DNA of 53,742 bases from an uncultured bacterium (GCA_903934925.1 CAIZPS010000270.1:1-53742); one strand, 5' to 3'. Positions 24,424 to 34,345 are shown, counted from the first letter of the stretch. Notes: generated from the sequence alone by a model not told the origin. A program made the numbers and translations.

Positions 24424-24430
24424 TGCAAAG

Positions 24431-24646
24431 CTACTTGTCGGCCTTCTTGCCGTAGCGGTTCTCGAACCGGGCGACACGACCACCGGTATCGAGGATCTTC
24501 TGCTTGCCCGTGTAGAACGGGTGGCACTGCGAGCAGACGTCAGCGTGGATCACGCCGTTCTTCGCGGTGCTTCTGGTGGTGAACGTCGCGCCGCAGGTGC
24601 AGGTCACGGTCGTCTCCCCGTAGGCGGGGTGGATGTCAGCCTTCAT
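24431..24646 (-). CDS. rpmE: 50S ribosomal protein L31 (Zn-ribbon type)
   Basis: 71 aa starting [19 protein letters not shown], with [23 protein letters not shown] precedes the ATG. Confidence 0.93.
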   Translation of the reverse strand: MKADIHPAYGETTVTCTCGATFTTRSTAKNGVIHADVCSQCHPFYTGKQKILDTGGRVARFENRYGKKADK

Positions 24647-24759
24647 GGTTTCCTCTCGTGACCCCGGGTCGACCCCCAGGATTGGCGGCCGTGAACCGGA
24701 GCCCCACAAGTATGCCACCGCCTCTCCCGGTCGTGAAATCGGCCGACGAGGCAGTGCGA

Positions 24760-26451
24760 TCAGTCGTCGTCGCTGGAGCCGCTCACCGCGGGAGTCGTCT
24801 TCTGCACCTGCAGCAGGAAGTCCTGGTTGCTCGTGGTCTCGCGCAGTTTGGTGAGGAGAAGCTCGATGGACTGCTGCTGGTCGAGGGCATGGAGCACGCG
24901 GCGCAGCTTCCAGACGATCTTGAGCTCCTCGCTCGACATGAGGAGCTCCTCCTTCCGGGTACCGGACGCATCGACGTCCACCGCCGGGAAGATCCGCTTG
25001 TCGGCGAGCCGCCGATCGAGTTTCAGCTCCATGTTTCCGGTGCCCTTGAACTCCTCGAAGATGACCTCGTCCATGCGGGACCCTGTCTCGACGAGGGCCG
25101 TCGCGAGGATGGTCAGGGATCCGCCATCCTCGATGTTGCGCGCGGCGCCGAAGAAGCGCTTCGGCGGGTAGAGCGCCGTCGAGTCGACACCGCCGGACAG
25201 GATGCGTCCGGATGCCGGTGCCGCGAGGTTGTAGGCGCGACCCAGTCGCGTCATGGAGTCCAGCAGCACGACGACATCGTGACCCAGTTCGACAAGCCGC
25301 TTCGCGCGCTCGATCGAGAGCTCCGCGATGATCGTGTGGTCCTCCGCTGGCCGATCGAAAGTGGACGCGATCACTTCGCCCTTGACCGACCGCTGCATGT
25401 CGGTGACCTCTTCCGGGCGCTCGTCGACGAGCACGACCATGAGGTGCACCTCGGGGTTGTTCGTGACGATCGCGTTGGCGATCGCCTGAAGCACCATCGT
25501 CTTGCCGGCCTTCGGCGGTGACACAATCAGGCCGCGCTGCCCCTTGCCGATCGGTGCGACAAGGTCGATGACGCGGGTCGTCAGGTTGGCCGGAGTCGTC
25601 TCGAGCCGGAGCCGGTTCTGCGGGTACAGGGGCGTGAGCTTGGAGAACTCGGGCCGATTGCGGGCTGCGTCGAGTGGGCCGCCGTTGACGGTGTCGATGC
25701 GCACGAGCGGTGCGAACTTCTCGCGGCGCTCCCCGTCCTTCGGCTGGCGGGTGGCGCCCGTGATGGCATCACCCTTGCGAAGGCCACTCTTGCGCACCAT
25801 CGCCAAGGACACGTAGAGGTCATTCGGGCCGGGCAGGTACCCGCTGGTCCGCACGAACGCGTAGTTGTCCATGACGTCGAGAATTCCGGCCACGGGGACG
25901 AGGACGTCGTCCTCGCTGATCTCCAGGTCCGCGTCGTTGTAGCCACCACCGCCCGCACGCTGCCGATCCCGACGATCGCGGAAGCGATCCCGACCACGGC
26001 GACGTCGGCTGCGACCACCGCCGTCGTCAGGGAAGTCATTCCCACCACGGTCATTCCCACCACGGTCGTTGCGATCACCACGGTCGTTGCGATCACCACG
26101 GTCGTTGCGATCACCACGGTCGTTGCGATCACCACGGTCGTTGCGATCACCACGGTCATTTCGCTCACCGCGGTCATTTCGCTCACCGCGGTCACCGCGG
26201 TCGTTCCGCTCGTCCGGGTTCGCCACGGGGGCCTTCTCAGCCGGTGGCGTCTTGGACGCACGGTCACGGGGGGCGCGCGACGAGCCGCCACTCTGCCGCT
26301 CGGAGATGGCGGCCACGAGGTCGCCCTTGCGCATACCGCTCGCACCGGGAATGCCCATCTGCTGGGCCAACTGCTTGAGTTCCGGGAGCAGCATGGTGGA
26401 CAGGCCCTTGCCCTTGGCGGACGTCGCGCCTGTCACGTCAGATTCCGTCAC
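24760..26451 (-). CDS. rho: transcription termination factor Rho with R/D/N/G-rich N-terminal insertion
   Basis: Has [13 protein letters not shown], the RNA-binding domain [18 protein letters not shown]-loop PPKAGKT, and [15 protein letters not shown] start at 26451 with GAAGGA upstream. Confidence 0.93.
   Translation of the reverse strand: MTESDVTGATSAKGKGLSTMLLPELKQLAQQMGIPGASGMRKGDLVAAISERQSGGSSRAPRDRASKTPPAEKAPVANPDERNDRGDRGERNDRGERNDRGDRNDRGDRNDRGDRNDRGDRNDRGDRNDRGGNDRGGNDFPDDGGGRSRRRRGRDRFRDRRDRQRAGGGGYNDADLEISEDDVLVPVAGILDVMDNYAFVRTSGYLPGPNDLYVSLAMVRKSGLRKGDAITGATRQPKDGERREKFAPLVRIDTVNGGPLDAARNRPEFSKLTPLYPQNRLRLETTPANLTTRVIDLVAPIGKGQRGLIVSPPKAGKTMVLQAIANAIVTNNPEVHLMVVLVDERPEEVTDMQRSVKGEVIASTFDRPAEDHTIIAELSIERAKRLVELGHDVVVLLDSMTRLGRAYNLAAPASGRILSGGVDSTALYPPKRFFGAARNIEDGGSLTILATALVETGSRMDEVIFEEFKGTGNMELKLDRRLADKRIFPAVDVDASGTRKEELLMSSEELKIVWKLRRVLHALDQQQSIELLLTKLRETTSNQDFLLQVQKTTPAVSGSSDDD
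26043..26210 (-). repeat. in-frame 18-bp tandem repeat array inside rho (encodes DRNDRG-type repeats)
   Basis: Five identical 18-bp units (plus-strand caccacggtcgttgcgat) span 26058-26147. At least four diverged 15-18-bp units flank them. Confidence 0.9.
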
Positions 26452-26644
26452 GTGGATTCCTTCGATTCGCCCTCGCGTGGGAGGGGTGCCCCCACGGATT
26501 GGGGGTCGGTGCCCCCGTCTCAGCCCTTCACGACGACCAGACATGTGCCGGTGCCGTGGAAACTGTCGGGGGTGCGTCCTGCACTCATACTTCGGGACTC
26601 GGGCGAGTCCACCACCTCAGGACTGTCCCACAGTACCACCGGGG

Positions 26645-27568
26645 TCAGGCCGGCGGCAGCAGCGGGACCTCCCTCGCGCCCGTGGACGACACAGCAACCT
26701 CGCGGACCGTCCACTCGGAGGTGTCGATCCCCTGAAGCGCCGGAGCGGACATCGCATCCGCGAAGGCAAGGACCGAGGGACCTGCACCGGAGATCACCGC
26801 CGGAACGCCCGCTGCGCGGAGCAGGGAGACGAGTTTGAGGGATGCCGGATAGCACGTGGCCCGGCTCTGCTGGTGGATCCGGTCCGTCGTGGCTGCCATC
26901 AGACGGGTCGGATCGACGGTCATGGCGTGCACAAGGAGCGCTGCACGGGCGATGTTCGCCGTAGCGTCCGCGAGCGACACCGACGCTGGCAGGAGGGTGC
27001 GCGCCTTGGCCGTGGACAACTCGTCCGACGGCACCATGATCACCGGCCTGATGTCCGGATGCGGTTCCATGCGGGCGACGTCTCCGCGTCCGTCTTCATC
27101 GACCCAAGCCACCGTGAATCCTCCGTGCAGGGCTGCAGCCACGTTGTCCGGATGCGACTCCTGTGCCAGCGCGAGCTGGAGGACGTCGTCATCGGTGAGG
27201 CGGTCCCGCCCGTCGACGACCATGGCCCGTGCGAGCACGATGCCGCCGACGATCGCAGCAGCCGACGACCCGAGTCCGCGCCCATGGGGTATCGAGTTGA
27301 CGCAGCGGAGCACGAACCCAGGAACGTTCACGCCGAGGTGCTGGAAGGTGGATCGCATCGACCGGACGACCAGATGATCCTCGCCGCGCGACAGGGACTC
27401 CTCCCCCTCGCCCGAGACTTCCACCAGGACTCCGTCGTCGTCGGTGACCATGGCCACGAGATCGTCGAACACCCCGAGGGCCAGGCCCGCGCAGTCGAAT
27501 GCCGGCCCCACGTTGGCACTGGTCGCAGGGACCACGACGCGAACGGCCTCGCGCCGCAGGTGGGGCAT
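26645..27568 (-). CDS. thrB: homoserine kinase
   Basis: Has VVVPATSANVGPAFDC and NSIPHGRGLGSSAAAIVGG. The ATG at 27568 overlaps the thrC TGA by 1 nt. The longer ORF to 27985 lies inside thrC. Confidence 0.9.
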   Translation of the reverse strand: MPHLRREAVRVVVPATSANVGPAFDCAGLALGVFDDLVAMVTDDDGVLVEVSGEGEESLSRGEDHLVVRSMRSTFQHLGVNVPGFVLRCVNSIPHGRGLGSSAAAIVGGIVLARAMVVDGRDRLTDDDVLQLALAQESHPDNVAAALHGGFTVAWVDEDGRGDVARMEPHPDIRPVIMVPSDELSTAKARTLLPASVSLADATANIARAALLVHAMTVDPTRLMAATTDRIHQQSRATCYPASLKLVSLLRAAGVPAVISGAGPSVLAFADAMSAPALQGIDTSEWTVREVAVSSTGAREVPLLPPA

Positions 27569-28629
27569 CAGTCGACCAGTCCGAGAGCACGCGCCGCGGC
27601 ATCGGAGTCGACGGCGACGACGATGGGATCGGCCGCTCCCTCCAGGGCCCACTGGGGATCCTTGAGGCCGTTGCCGGTGAGGGTGCAGACGATGACCTGG
27701 CCGCGATCGAGGTCGCCCGCCGCGTGCTTCTTGAGCACCCCGGCAACGCTCGCCGCACTCGCAGGCTCGCAGAACAGCCCCTCGCGCGACGCGAGGAGGT
27801 GGTACGCCGCGAGGATCTCGTCGTCGGTGACAGCGTTGATCACTCCCCCGCTGTCGTCTCGCGCCGCCTCGGCCTGCTGCCACGACGCGGGATTGCCGAT
27901 TCGAATGGCCGTCGCAAGTGTCTCCGGACGGTCGACCCGGTGCCCGAGAACGATTGGCGCCGCCCCGGCAGCCTGGAACCCCCACATCCGCGGACGCGCA
28001 TCAACGGTGCCGTCCTGCGCGTACTCGACATAGCCCTTCCAGTAGGCGGTGATGTTGCCGGCATTGCCCACGGGGAGGGCATGGATGTCGGGGGCTCGAC
28101 CGAGCTGATCGACCACCTCGAAGCTCGCGGTCTTCTGCCCCTCGATGCGAGCCGGGTTCACGCTGTTGACGAGCTCCACCGGATAGCGATCGGCCAGATC
28201 GCGGGCGACATTGAGGCAGTCGTCGAAATTCCCGTCGACCTGCAGGAGGGTCGCACCGTGCACGATCGCCTGCGCCAGCTTTCCCATGGCGATCTTGCCC
28301 TGCGGCACCAGGACGGCGCTGCGCATGCCCGCCTTGGTGGCGTACGCCGCAGCACTGGCAGAGGTGTTCCCCGTCGAGGCGCAGATGACGACCTTCGCCC
28401 CGGCTTCGGCCGCTTTCGAGATCGCCATCGTCATGCCGCGGTCCTTGAAGGAACCGGTGGGGTTGGCACCTTCGTACTTCAGCCACACCTCACACCCGGT
28501 CATCTCACTGATGGTGCAGGCGTACACCAGCGGAGTACCACCCTCGCGGAGCGTCACGACGGGCGTCGCCTCAGTGACGGGGAGCCGATCGCGATACTCC
28601 TCGATGAGCCCACGCCAGACATGTGCCAT
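27568..28629 (-). CDS. thrC: threonine synthase
   Basis: Has [17 protein letters not shown] (PLP lysine) and [10 protein letters not shown]. Confidence 0.95.
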   Translation of the reverse strand: MAHVWRGLIEEYRDRLPVTEATPVVTLREGGTPLVYACTISEMTGCEVWLKYEGANPTGSFKDRGMTMAISKAAEAGAKVVICASTGNTSASAAAYATKAGMRSAVLVPQGKIAMGKLAQAIVHGATLLQVDGNFDDCLNVARDLADRYPVELVNSVNPARIEGQKTASFEVVDQLGRAPDIHALPVGNAGNITAYWKGYVEYAQDGTVDARPRMWGFQAAGAAPIVLGHRVDRPETLATAIRIGNPASWQQAEAARDDSGGVINAVTDDEILAAYHLLASREGLFCEPASAASVAGVLKKHAAGDLDRGQVIVCTLTGNGLKDPQWALEGAADPIVVAVDSDAAARALGLVD

Positions 28630-28631
28630 GA

Positions 28632-29951
28632 CTACGCCCCAGCCTCGCCCTCGACCCGCATGACGCCCAGCACAGCCTTGACCTCGGACATGCCGCGCAG
28701 TTGCGCGACCGTGCGCTCCAGGTCGTCCTCGCCCGCAAGGTGCGTGCGAACCACCAGGCCCGCGTTGTCTCCGTGGCCGTCCTGCCGGACGACCTGGATG
28801 CTCACTCCGTGCTGCGCGAAGGCGGCTGCGATGGCCGCGAGGACCCCGGGCCTGTCGGCGACATCGAGATTGACGTAGAAGCGGGTCCGCGCTGCAGAGA
28901 TCGGCAGCACCGGAAGGTTGGCGTAGGTGCTCCGCGACGGACCGATCGACCCGGTGACCCTGTTGCGCGCGGCCACGACGACATCACCGAGGATGGCCGA
29001 GGCAGTGGGCACGCCACCCGCGCCACGGCCGTAGAACATCAGCTCGTCTGCGGCCTCGGCCTGCACGAACACGGCGTTGAAGGCCAGCCGCACGGACGCC
29101 AGCGGGTGTGAGCGCGGCACCATGGTGGGGTGCACTCGCACGATCACTCCCGCATCGTCCGGCGCGCGCTCGGCGATGGCCAGGAGCTTGATGACGAATC
29201 CCATGGCCTGGGCTGCCCGGACATCGTCGGCGGTGACCTGCGAGATGCCCTCGCAGTAGACGTCGTCGATCGTGACATGCGTATGGAAGGCGAGCTCCGC
29301 GAGGATGGCAGCCTTCGCTGCCGCGTCATGACCGTCGATGTCGAGCGAGGGATTGGCCTCCAGATAGCCGAGGGACCGCGCCTCATCGAAGATCTCGTCG
29401 TAGGTGATGCCGTCCTCGTCCATCTTCGTCAGCATGTAGTTGGTCGAGCCGTTGACGATCCCCATGACCTTGGTGACGCGATCACCGGCCAGGGACTCGC
29501 GCAGGGGCCTGAGCAAGGGAATGGCGCCAGCGACCGAGGCCTCGAAGAACAGGTCGACGCCGGACTGTGCAGCCGCCTCCTGAAGCTCGGCTCCATGGGC
29601 GGCCAGGAGCGCCTTGTTGGCCGTCACGACGGATGAGCCCGCCGCCATGGCGGCGAGGATCAGAGTGCGTGCGGGCTCGATTCCGCCCATCAACTCGATG
29701 ACGATGTCGGCGCCGGATCCCGCTACAGCGGCGGCGTCAGCGGTGAACACCGACGGGTCGATCCCCTCACGCGGATTCTCCGGATCGAGGGCTGCCACCG
29801 CGACGAGCTGGAGTCGGGCTCCCACCCGGGGCGTGAGGTCAGCCTCGGTCTGGTTGAGCAGGCGTCCTACCTGGGCTCCCACGGTGCCGGCCCCGAGCAG
29901 GGCAACGGTGATGACGCGGTCAGGGTCCACGAGCGGAGAATTCACGGGCAC
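28632..29951 (-). CDS. hom: homoserine dehydrogenase
   Basis: Has [35 protein letters not shown] and a C-terminal ACT-like domain. GTG start. Confidence 0.93.
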   Translation of the reverse strand: MPVNSPLVDPDRVITVALLGAGTVGAQVGRLLNQTEADLTPRVGARLQLVAVAALDPENPREGIDPSVFTADAAAVAGSGADIVIELMGGIEPARTLILAAMAAGSSVVTANKALLAAHGAELQEAAAQSGVDLFFEASVAGAIPLLRPLRESLAGDRVTKVMGIVNGSTNYMLTKMDEDGITYDEIFDEARSLGYLEANPSLDIDGHDAAAKAAILAELAFHTHVTIDDVYCEGISQVTADDVRAAQAMGFVIKLLAIAERAPDDAGVIVRVHPTMVPRSHPLASVRLAFNAVFVQAEAADELMFYGRGAGGVPTASAILGDVVVAARNRVTGSIGPSRSTYANLPVLPISAARTRFYVNLDVADRPGVLAAIAAAFAQHGVSIQVVRQDGHGDNAGLVVRTHLAGEDDLERTVAQLRGMSEVKAVLGVMRVEGEAGA

Positions 29952-30156
29952 AGCCTCTCAGGTGGCAGGTGCCCACCGGACACCACCACCCGTCATCGCC
30001 CGAGATCAATCGTTGCCCACACCGGGGCTGCCCCGTGTTGCCGTACGCGCCCTGGACTCGGGGCATCGCCGATCGGCGCGTCGCACAGCAGCACGCGGGC
30101 CGGACATCACAATGGCGGTCAGTCCCGGAGTCGACCGGCACCCCGAAGGAGAAGTC

Positions 30157-30903
30157 ATGTCTCTCACCGCTCGCAAACTCGTGGCGGAATTCGTCGGAAC
30201 GTTCCTTCTCGTCTTCCTCGCCGTGGGGGCCGCCATCTTCGGCATCGCCACCGTGGTCGGGGTCGACGGCAAGGGACCCGGATCCGGCGTGCTCGGGGTC
30301 GCCTTCGCCTTCGGCCTTGTGCTCTTCGCCGTGGCCTACGCCTTCGGGCCGGTGTCCGGGGGCCATGTGAACCCGGCCGTCACCCTCGCGATGCTCCTCG
30401 GACGGCGAATGCCCGCCAAGGAGGCCGTGGGGTACTGGATCGTGCAGTTCCTGGCGGCCATTGCCGCTGCCGCCGTGCTGAAGCTCTTCGTCTCGTCCTT
30501 CGGCGTCACCGACTACACCGGCGGCCTGGGCACCAACAGCTACGACAACGGTGCCATCAACATGCCGGGAGCCTTTGTTCTCGAGATGCTCCTGACGGCG
30601 GCCTTCGTCCTGGTGATCCTTCTGGTCACTGAGCGGGTCGCCGCTCCCGGGTTCGCCGGCGCGGCGATCGGCTTCACGCTCGCTCTCGTGCACATCGTCG
30701 GGATCCCGCTGACGGGTACGTCCGTCAACCCGGCACGCTCGTTCGGACCAGCCCTGCTCAACGGCGGTGATTCCCTGGCACAGGTGTGGCTGTTCATCCT
30801 CGCGCCGCTCGTTGGCGCTGTGATCGCCGTCGTTCTGTGGAAGCTCACCCGCACCGAGAGTGCTGAGACGGAGAAGCTCGTCGCAGGCTCCGAGCGCGAG
30901 TAG
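30157..30903 (+). CDS. aqpZ: aquaporin Z / MIP family channel
   Basis: Two NPA boxes (GGHVNPAVTLA and GTSVNPARSFGPA) and six TM segments. GAAGGAGAAG lies upstream of ATG 30157. Confidence 0.9.
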   Translation: MSLTARKLVAEFVGTFLLVFLAVGAAIFGIATVVGVDGKGPGSGVLGVAFAFGLVLFAVAYAFGPVSGGHVNPAVTLAMLLGRRMPAKEAVGYWIVQFLAAIAAAAVLKLFVSSFGVTDYTGGLGTNSYDNGAINMPGAFVLEMLLTAAFVLVILLVTERVAAPGFAGAAIGFTLALVHIVGIPLTGTSVNPARSFGPALLNGGDSLAQVWLFILAPLVGAVIAVVLWKLTRTESAETEKLVAGSERE

Positions 30904-30914
30904 CACTCGCGCTC
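30892..30914. terminator. short hairpin spanning the aqpZ stop codon between convergent aqpZ and lysA
   Basis: A 10-bp stem gagcgcgagt / actcgcgctc with a 3-nt loop. There is no U tract, so this is weak. Confidence 0.3.
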
Positions 30915-30924
30915 CCGGCGTCGG

Positions 30925-32358
30925 TCACGCCTTCGAGGTCGGCCCGGCACCCGGATCGAGCAGCATCAGATCCTCTACCGTCTCCCGCCGCAGCACCACA
31001 GCTGCCGCGCCCCCGCGCGCCGCAACCACGGCAGGTCGCGGCAGGTAGTTGTAGTTCGAGGCCATGGACCGGCAGTAGGCACCCGTAGCCGCCACAGTCA
31101 GCAGGTCGCCGGGCGCAACGTCGGAGGGCAGCCAGGCATCGCGCACGACGATGTCGCCCGATTCGCAATGCTTGCCGACCACCCGACAGAGAACCGGGTC
31201 CGCGCTGGAGGCACGCGATGCCAGAACCACCGTGTACTCGGCGTCGTACAGGGCAGTGCGGATGTTGTCGCTCATTCCGCCATCCACGGAGACGTACATG
31301 CGCACGCCCCCCCCATCGAGCTCAACGGGCTTGACCGTTCCGACCTCGTAGACCGTCACGCCTGCGGGCCCCACGATCGCGCGTCCGGGCTCGAACGCGA
31401 GAGCAGGCATCGGGATGCCCTCCTGGGCGCACTGCTTGGCCACGATGTCGCCGATCTGGAGCGCCATGTCGGGCACGTCGAGCGGATCGTCTGACTCCAG
31501 GTACGCGATGCCCATGCCACCCCCGAGATTGAGCTCTTCCACCTCGATCCCCTGCTCGTCCCAGATCCTCTGGGCGACAGCGACGACCCGGGCTGCCGCT
31601 ACCTCGAAACCCGAAGCATCGAATATCTGCGAGCCGATATGCGAGTGCAGGCCACGGAAGTCCAGGCTGGGCAGTTTCGACACGCGCCGAACCGCCTCCT
31701 CGGCCGCGCCTGAGGACACGGAAAGACCGAACTTCTGGTCCTCGTGCGCGGTAGCGATGAACTCATGAGTGTGGGCCTCGACCCCTACCGTGAGGCGGAT
31801 GAGCACGGGCTGGACGATTCCGGCGCGGGCAGCCGCGTCGGCGATGCGGACGATGTCCTCGAAGGAGTCGATGACGATTCGCCCCACACGCGCTTCGACC
31901 GCCGCCTCGATCTCCGCCATGGACTTGTTGTTGCCGTGCATCAATAGGCGTTCACCCGGGACGCCCGCTCGTAACGCCACGGCGAGCTCCCCGCCTGAGG
32001 CGACGTCGATCCCGAGTCCCTCCTCCGTGACCCATCGCGCGATCGTCGTCGTCAGAAACGCCTTGGCCGCGTAGTAGACGAGCCGGGCGCCGGCGTCGAC
32101 GTAGCTGGCGCGGTATCGACGGGCACGACCCCGGAGGTCATCCTCGTCGAGCAGAAACACTGGGGTGCCGAAGTCGGTGGCCACGGTGCGCACGTCCAGG
32201 CCACCGATCTCCAGCGCACCATCGGCATTGCGTCGCGCCGTCGACGGCCAGATGGCGGGCGACAGGTGGTTCATCGCCTCGGCACTCGCCGGTGGACGCG
32301 GATCGGCATGGTCGACGACCACGTCGCCGTGCCGGGGCCCGGCCGGGTGCGCTCCCAT
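30925..32358 (-). CDS. lysA: diaminopimelate decarboxylase
   Basis: Has GTPVFLLDEDDLRGRARRY, YAAKAF, HSHIGSQ, GGGMGIAY, EPGRAIVG and CESGD. I chose the start at MGAHPAGPRH (32358) because HPAGPRH is a conserved N-terminus in Streptomyces-type LysA. Confidence 0.88.
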   Translation of the reverse strand: MGAHPAGPRHGDVVVDHADPRPPASAEAMNHLSPAIWPSTARRNADGALEIGGLDVRTVATDFGTPVFLLDEDDLRGRARRYRASYVDAGARLVYYAAKAFLTTTIARWVTEEGLGIDVASGGELAVALRAGVPGERLLMHGNNKSMAEIEAAVEARVGRIVIDSFEDIVRIADAAARAGIVQPVLIRLTVGVEAHTHEFIATAHEDQKFGLSVSSGAAEEAVRRVSKLPSLDFRGLHSHIGSQIFDASGFEVAAARVVAVAQRIWDEQGIEVEELNLGGGMGIAYLESDDPLDVPDMALQIGDIVAKQCAQEGIPMPALAFEPGRAIVGPAGVTVYEVGTVKPVELDGGGVRMYVSVDGGMSDNIRTALYDAEYTVVLASRASSADPVLCRVVGKHCESGDIVVRDAWLPSDVAPGDLLTVAATGAYCRSMASNYNYLPRPAVVAARGGAAAVVLRRETVEDLMLLDPGAGPTSKA

Positions 32359-32378
32359 GACGACAAGGCTAGGCCGTA

Positions 32379-32443
32379 CCGATGCCTGGCACCTTGTCGG
32401 GCATCGCGCCAGCGCGGATGCCCGACAAGGTGCCAGGCATCGG
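32379..32443. repeat. perfect 27-bp inverted repeat (65-nt palindromic element) in the argS-lysA spacer
   Basis: The left arm is ccgatgcctggcaccttgtcgggcatc (32379-32405). The right arm at 32417-32443 is its exact reverse complement. The loop is the 11-nt gcgccagcgcg. Confidence 0.95.
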
Positions 32444-32453
32444 GAGCAGACTG

Positions 32454-34113
32454 CTACATGCGTTCGGGTGCACTCACCCCGAGGAGGCCCAGGCCGTTGG
32501 CCAGGGTCTGGCGCGCGGCGGCGCAGAGCCACAGACGGGCGATGTGGATGGGCGCGAGCTCCTCATCCGAACGGGGGAGCACGCGGCAGTCGTCGTAGAA
32601 CCGGTGGTAAGCCGTGGCGAGGTCCTCGAGGTAGCGCGCCACCCGATGGGGCTCGCGCAACTCCGCGGCACTGGCCACGACACGGGGGAACTCCGCGATC
32701 ATGCCCAGCAGGTTGTTCTCGCGCTCATGGTCGAGCAGGGCAGGGTCGAACGGCCCACTGCGCCAGTCGACGCCGAGCTCGGACGCGTTGCGCAGGACAG
32801 ACGCGATCCGTGCGTGCGCGTACTGCACATAGAAGACCGGGTTCTCGCTGGTGGCACGGGTCATCTCCTCGAGGTCGAGGGTCAACGGAGAGTCCGCCGG
32901 GTACCGTGCGAGCGTGTAGCGCGCCGCGTCAATACCGACCTCGTCGACGAGTTCGTCGAGGGTCACGATCGTGCCCGCACGCTTGGAGAGCTTGACCTCC
33001 TCGCCTCCTCGGGTGATCTTCACCAACTGACCGATGAGGACCTCCACGTTGGCGTCCATGTCGTCGCCCGCACAGGCCGCCACCGCTCGCAACCGGTTCA
33101 CGTAACCGTGGTGGTCGGCCCCGAGCAGGTAGATGTTCAGGTCAAAGCCGCGCACCCGCTTGTCGACGTAGTAGGCGGTGTCGGATGCAAAGTAGGTGTA
33201 CTCGCCGTCTGCCTTGATCAGCACCCCTGTCCTTGTCGTCACCGAAGTCCGTCGTGCGCAGCCAGACGGCGCCGCCCTCTTCGTAGACATGCCCCTGCGC
33301 ACGGAGGGTCGTCATGCCCCGCTCGACCGCGCCCGACTCATGCAGGCTGCGCTCGGAGAACCAGGTGTCGAAGTGGGTGCGGAACAGTTCCAGAACCTGC
33401 TGCTGCTGCTTCAGTTGCAGGGCGTAGGCCGCCTCGCGGAATGCGACGAGCTGCTCCTCCTCCGGAAGGTCGGTGATTCCGGGGCGCGCGATGGTGATGG
33501 CCGCAGCGAGATCGAGGATGTAGCCACCGTGGTAGCCATCCTCGGGAACCGGGCGGCCGTTGGCCGCAGCCATGACGGAGGCCCCGAACTTGTCCATCTG
33601 GACACCCCGGTCATTGATGTAGAACTCCGTTGAGACATCGGCGCCAGCGGCCGCCAGCACCCGGGCCAGGGCATCACCTACCGCAGCCCAACGAGTGTGC
33701 CCCAGGTGAAGAGGGCCGGTCGGATTCGCGGAGATGAATTCGACGTTGACCCGCCGACCCCTCAGGGAGTCTCCATGGCCCCATGTCGGGCCGGCCTCGA
33801 CGGCAGTCCGGGCGACCAGACCCTGAGCGGCGCTCTGCAGGCGAATGTTGACGAACCCGGGACCAGCCACCTCGGCGGATGCGATACCGGGCACACCGGC
33901 CAGTCGCTCCGCGAGGAGGGTGCCCAGGTCACGCGGAGGCAGTCCCGCAGCCTTGGCCAGCGCAAGCGCCACATTCGTCGCGTAGTCACCATGTTCGCGA
34001 CTCTTGGGCCGCTCCATGCGCACCTCGGGCACCGCCATCGCGGGAAGCACGCCTTCGGCGATGAGGTCCGCGACGATCGCGGTCACGGCACCGCCGAGGG
34101 CGTCTGGATTCAC
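32454..34113 (-). pseudogene. argS: arginine--tRNA ligase, split by a 1-nt frameshift as sequenced (possibly a sequencing error)
   Basis: The N-terminal ORF (33142-34113) has the HIGH-type motif ANPTGPLHLGHTR and ends ...[10 protein letters not shown]. The C-terminal ORF (32454-33302) continues [19 protein letters not shown]..., GADHHGY and KLSKRAG in another frame. The junction maps to the CCCC run at 33224-33227, where CCC is expected. Confidence 0.85.
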
Positions 34114-34345
34114 ATGCGGAGCCTATCTTCGGATTACTGGGCTTCCGCGAAGGCCCAAAGGGCTATGCTCCCGGCAGGCAAGGCCAGTCAGCACCACCGT
34201 TCAACAGGTGCCCGCCCCCCGTGGTGGGCATCGGCGTTTCTGAGCGAGAGCACGGGAACGGGACGTCGGTATGAGCGGCTCAGCCGCGTGCCGGTCGCCC
34301 GTCCGGCACGACGTCCCAGTAGTACCCGCTAGGAGAATGTGCATC

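Noticed and set aside
26043-26210. Tandem repeats that could be taken for a CRISPR-like or minisatellite array
   Set aside because: There are no spacers, the units are 18 bp and contiguous, and they are in frame within rho. It is therefore a coding tandem repeat, not a CRISPR array.
27569-27985. N-terminal 139-aa extension of the thrB ORF
   Set aside because: The extension lies entirely inside thrC in another frame and is Arg/Gly-rich junk. The conserved homoserine kinase N-terminus begins at the ATG that overlaps the thrC stop (27568).
29614-30156. N-terminal extension of the aquaporin ORF
   Set aside because: It is antisense to hom and has no SD. The MIP-family N-terminus and a GAAGGAG ribosome-binding site fit ATG 30157.
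32359-32532. Longer lysA ORF starting at 32532 and reading through the palindrome
   Set aside because: That start would overlap argS and translate both arms of the inverted repeat (CLAPCRAS... twice). The conserved LysA N-terminus HPAGPRH begins right after ATG 32358.
33200-33250. Programmed ribosomal frameshift in argS (by analogy with prfB)
   Set aside because: I see no slippery heptamer, no internal SD and no in-frame stop context of the prfB type. The lesion is a plain extra base in a homopolymer. A sequencing error or simple mutation is the more economical explanation, and it is reported above as a finding to verify.
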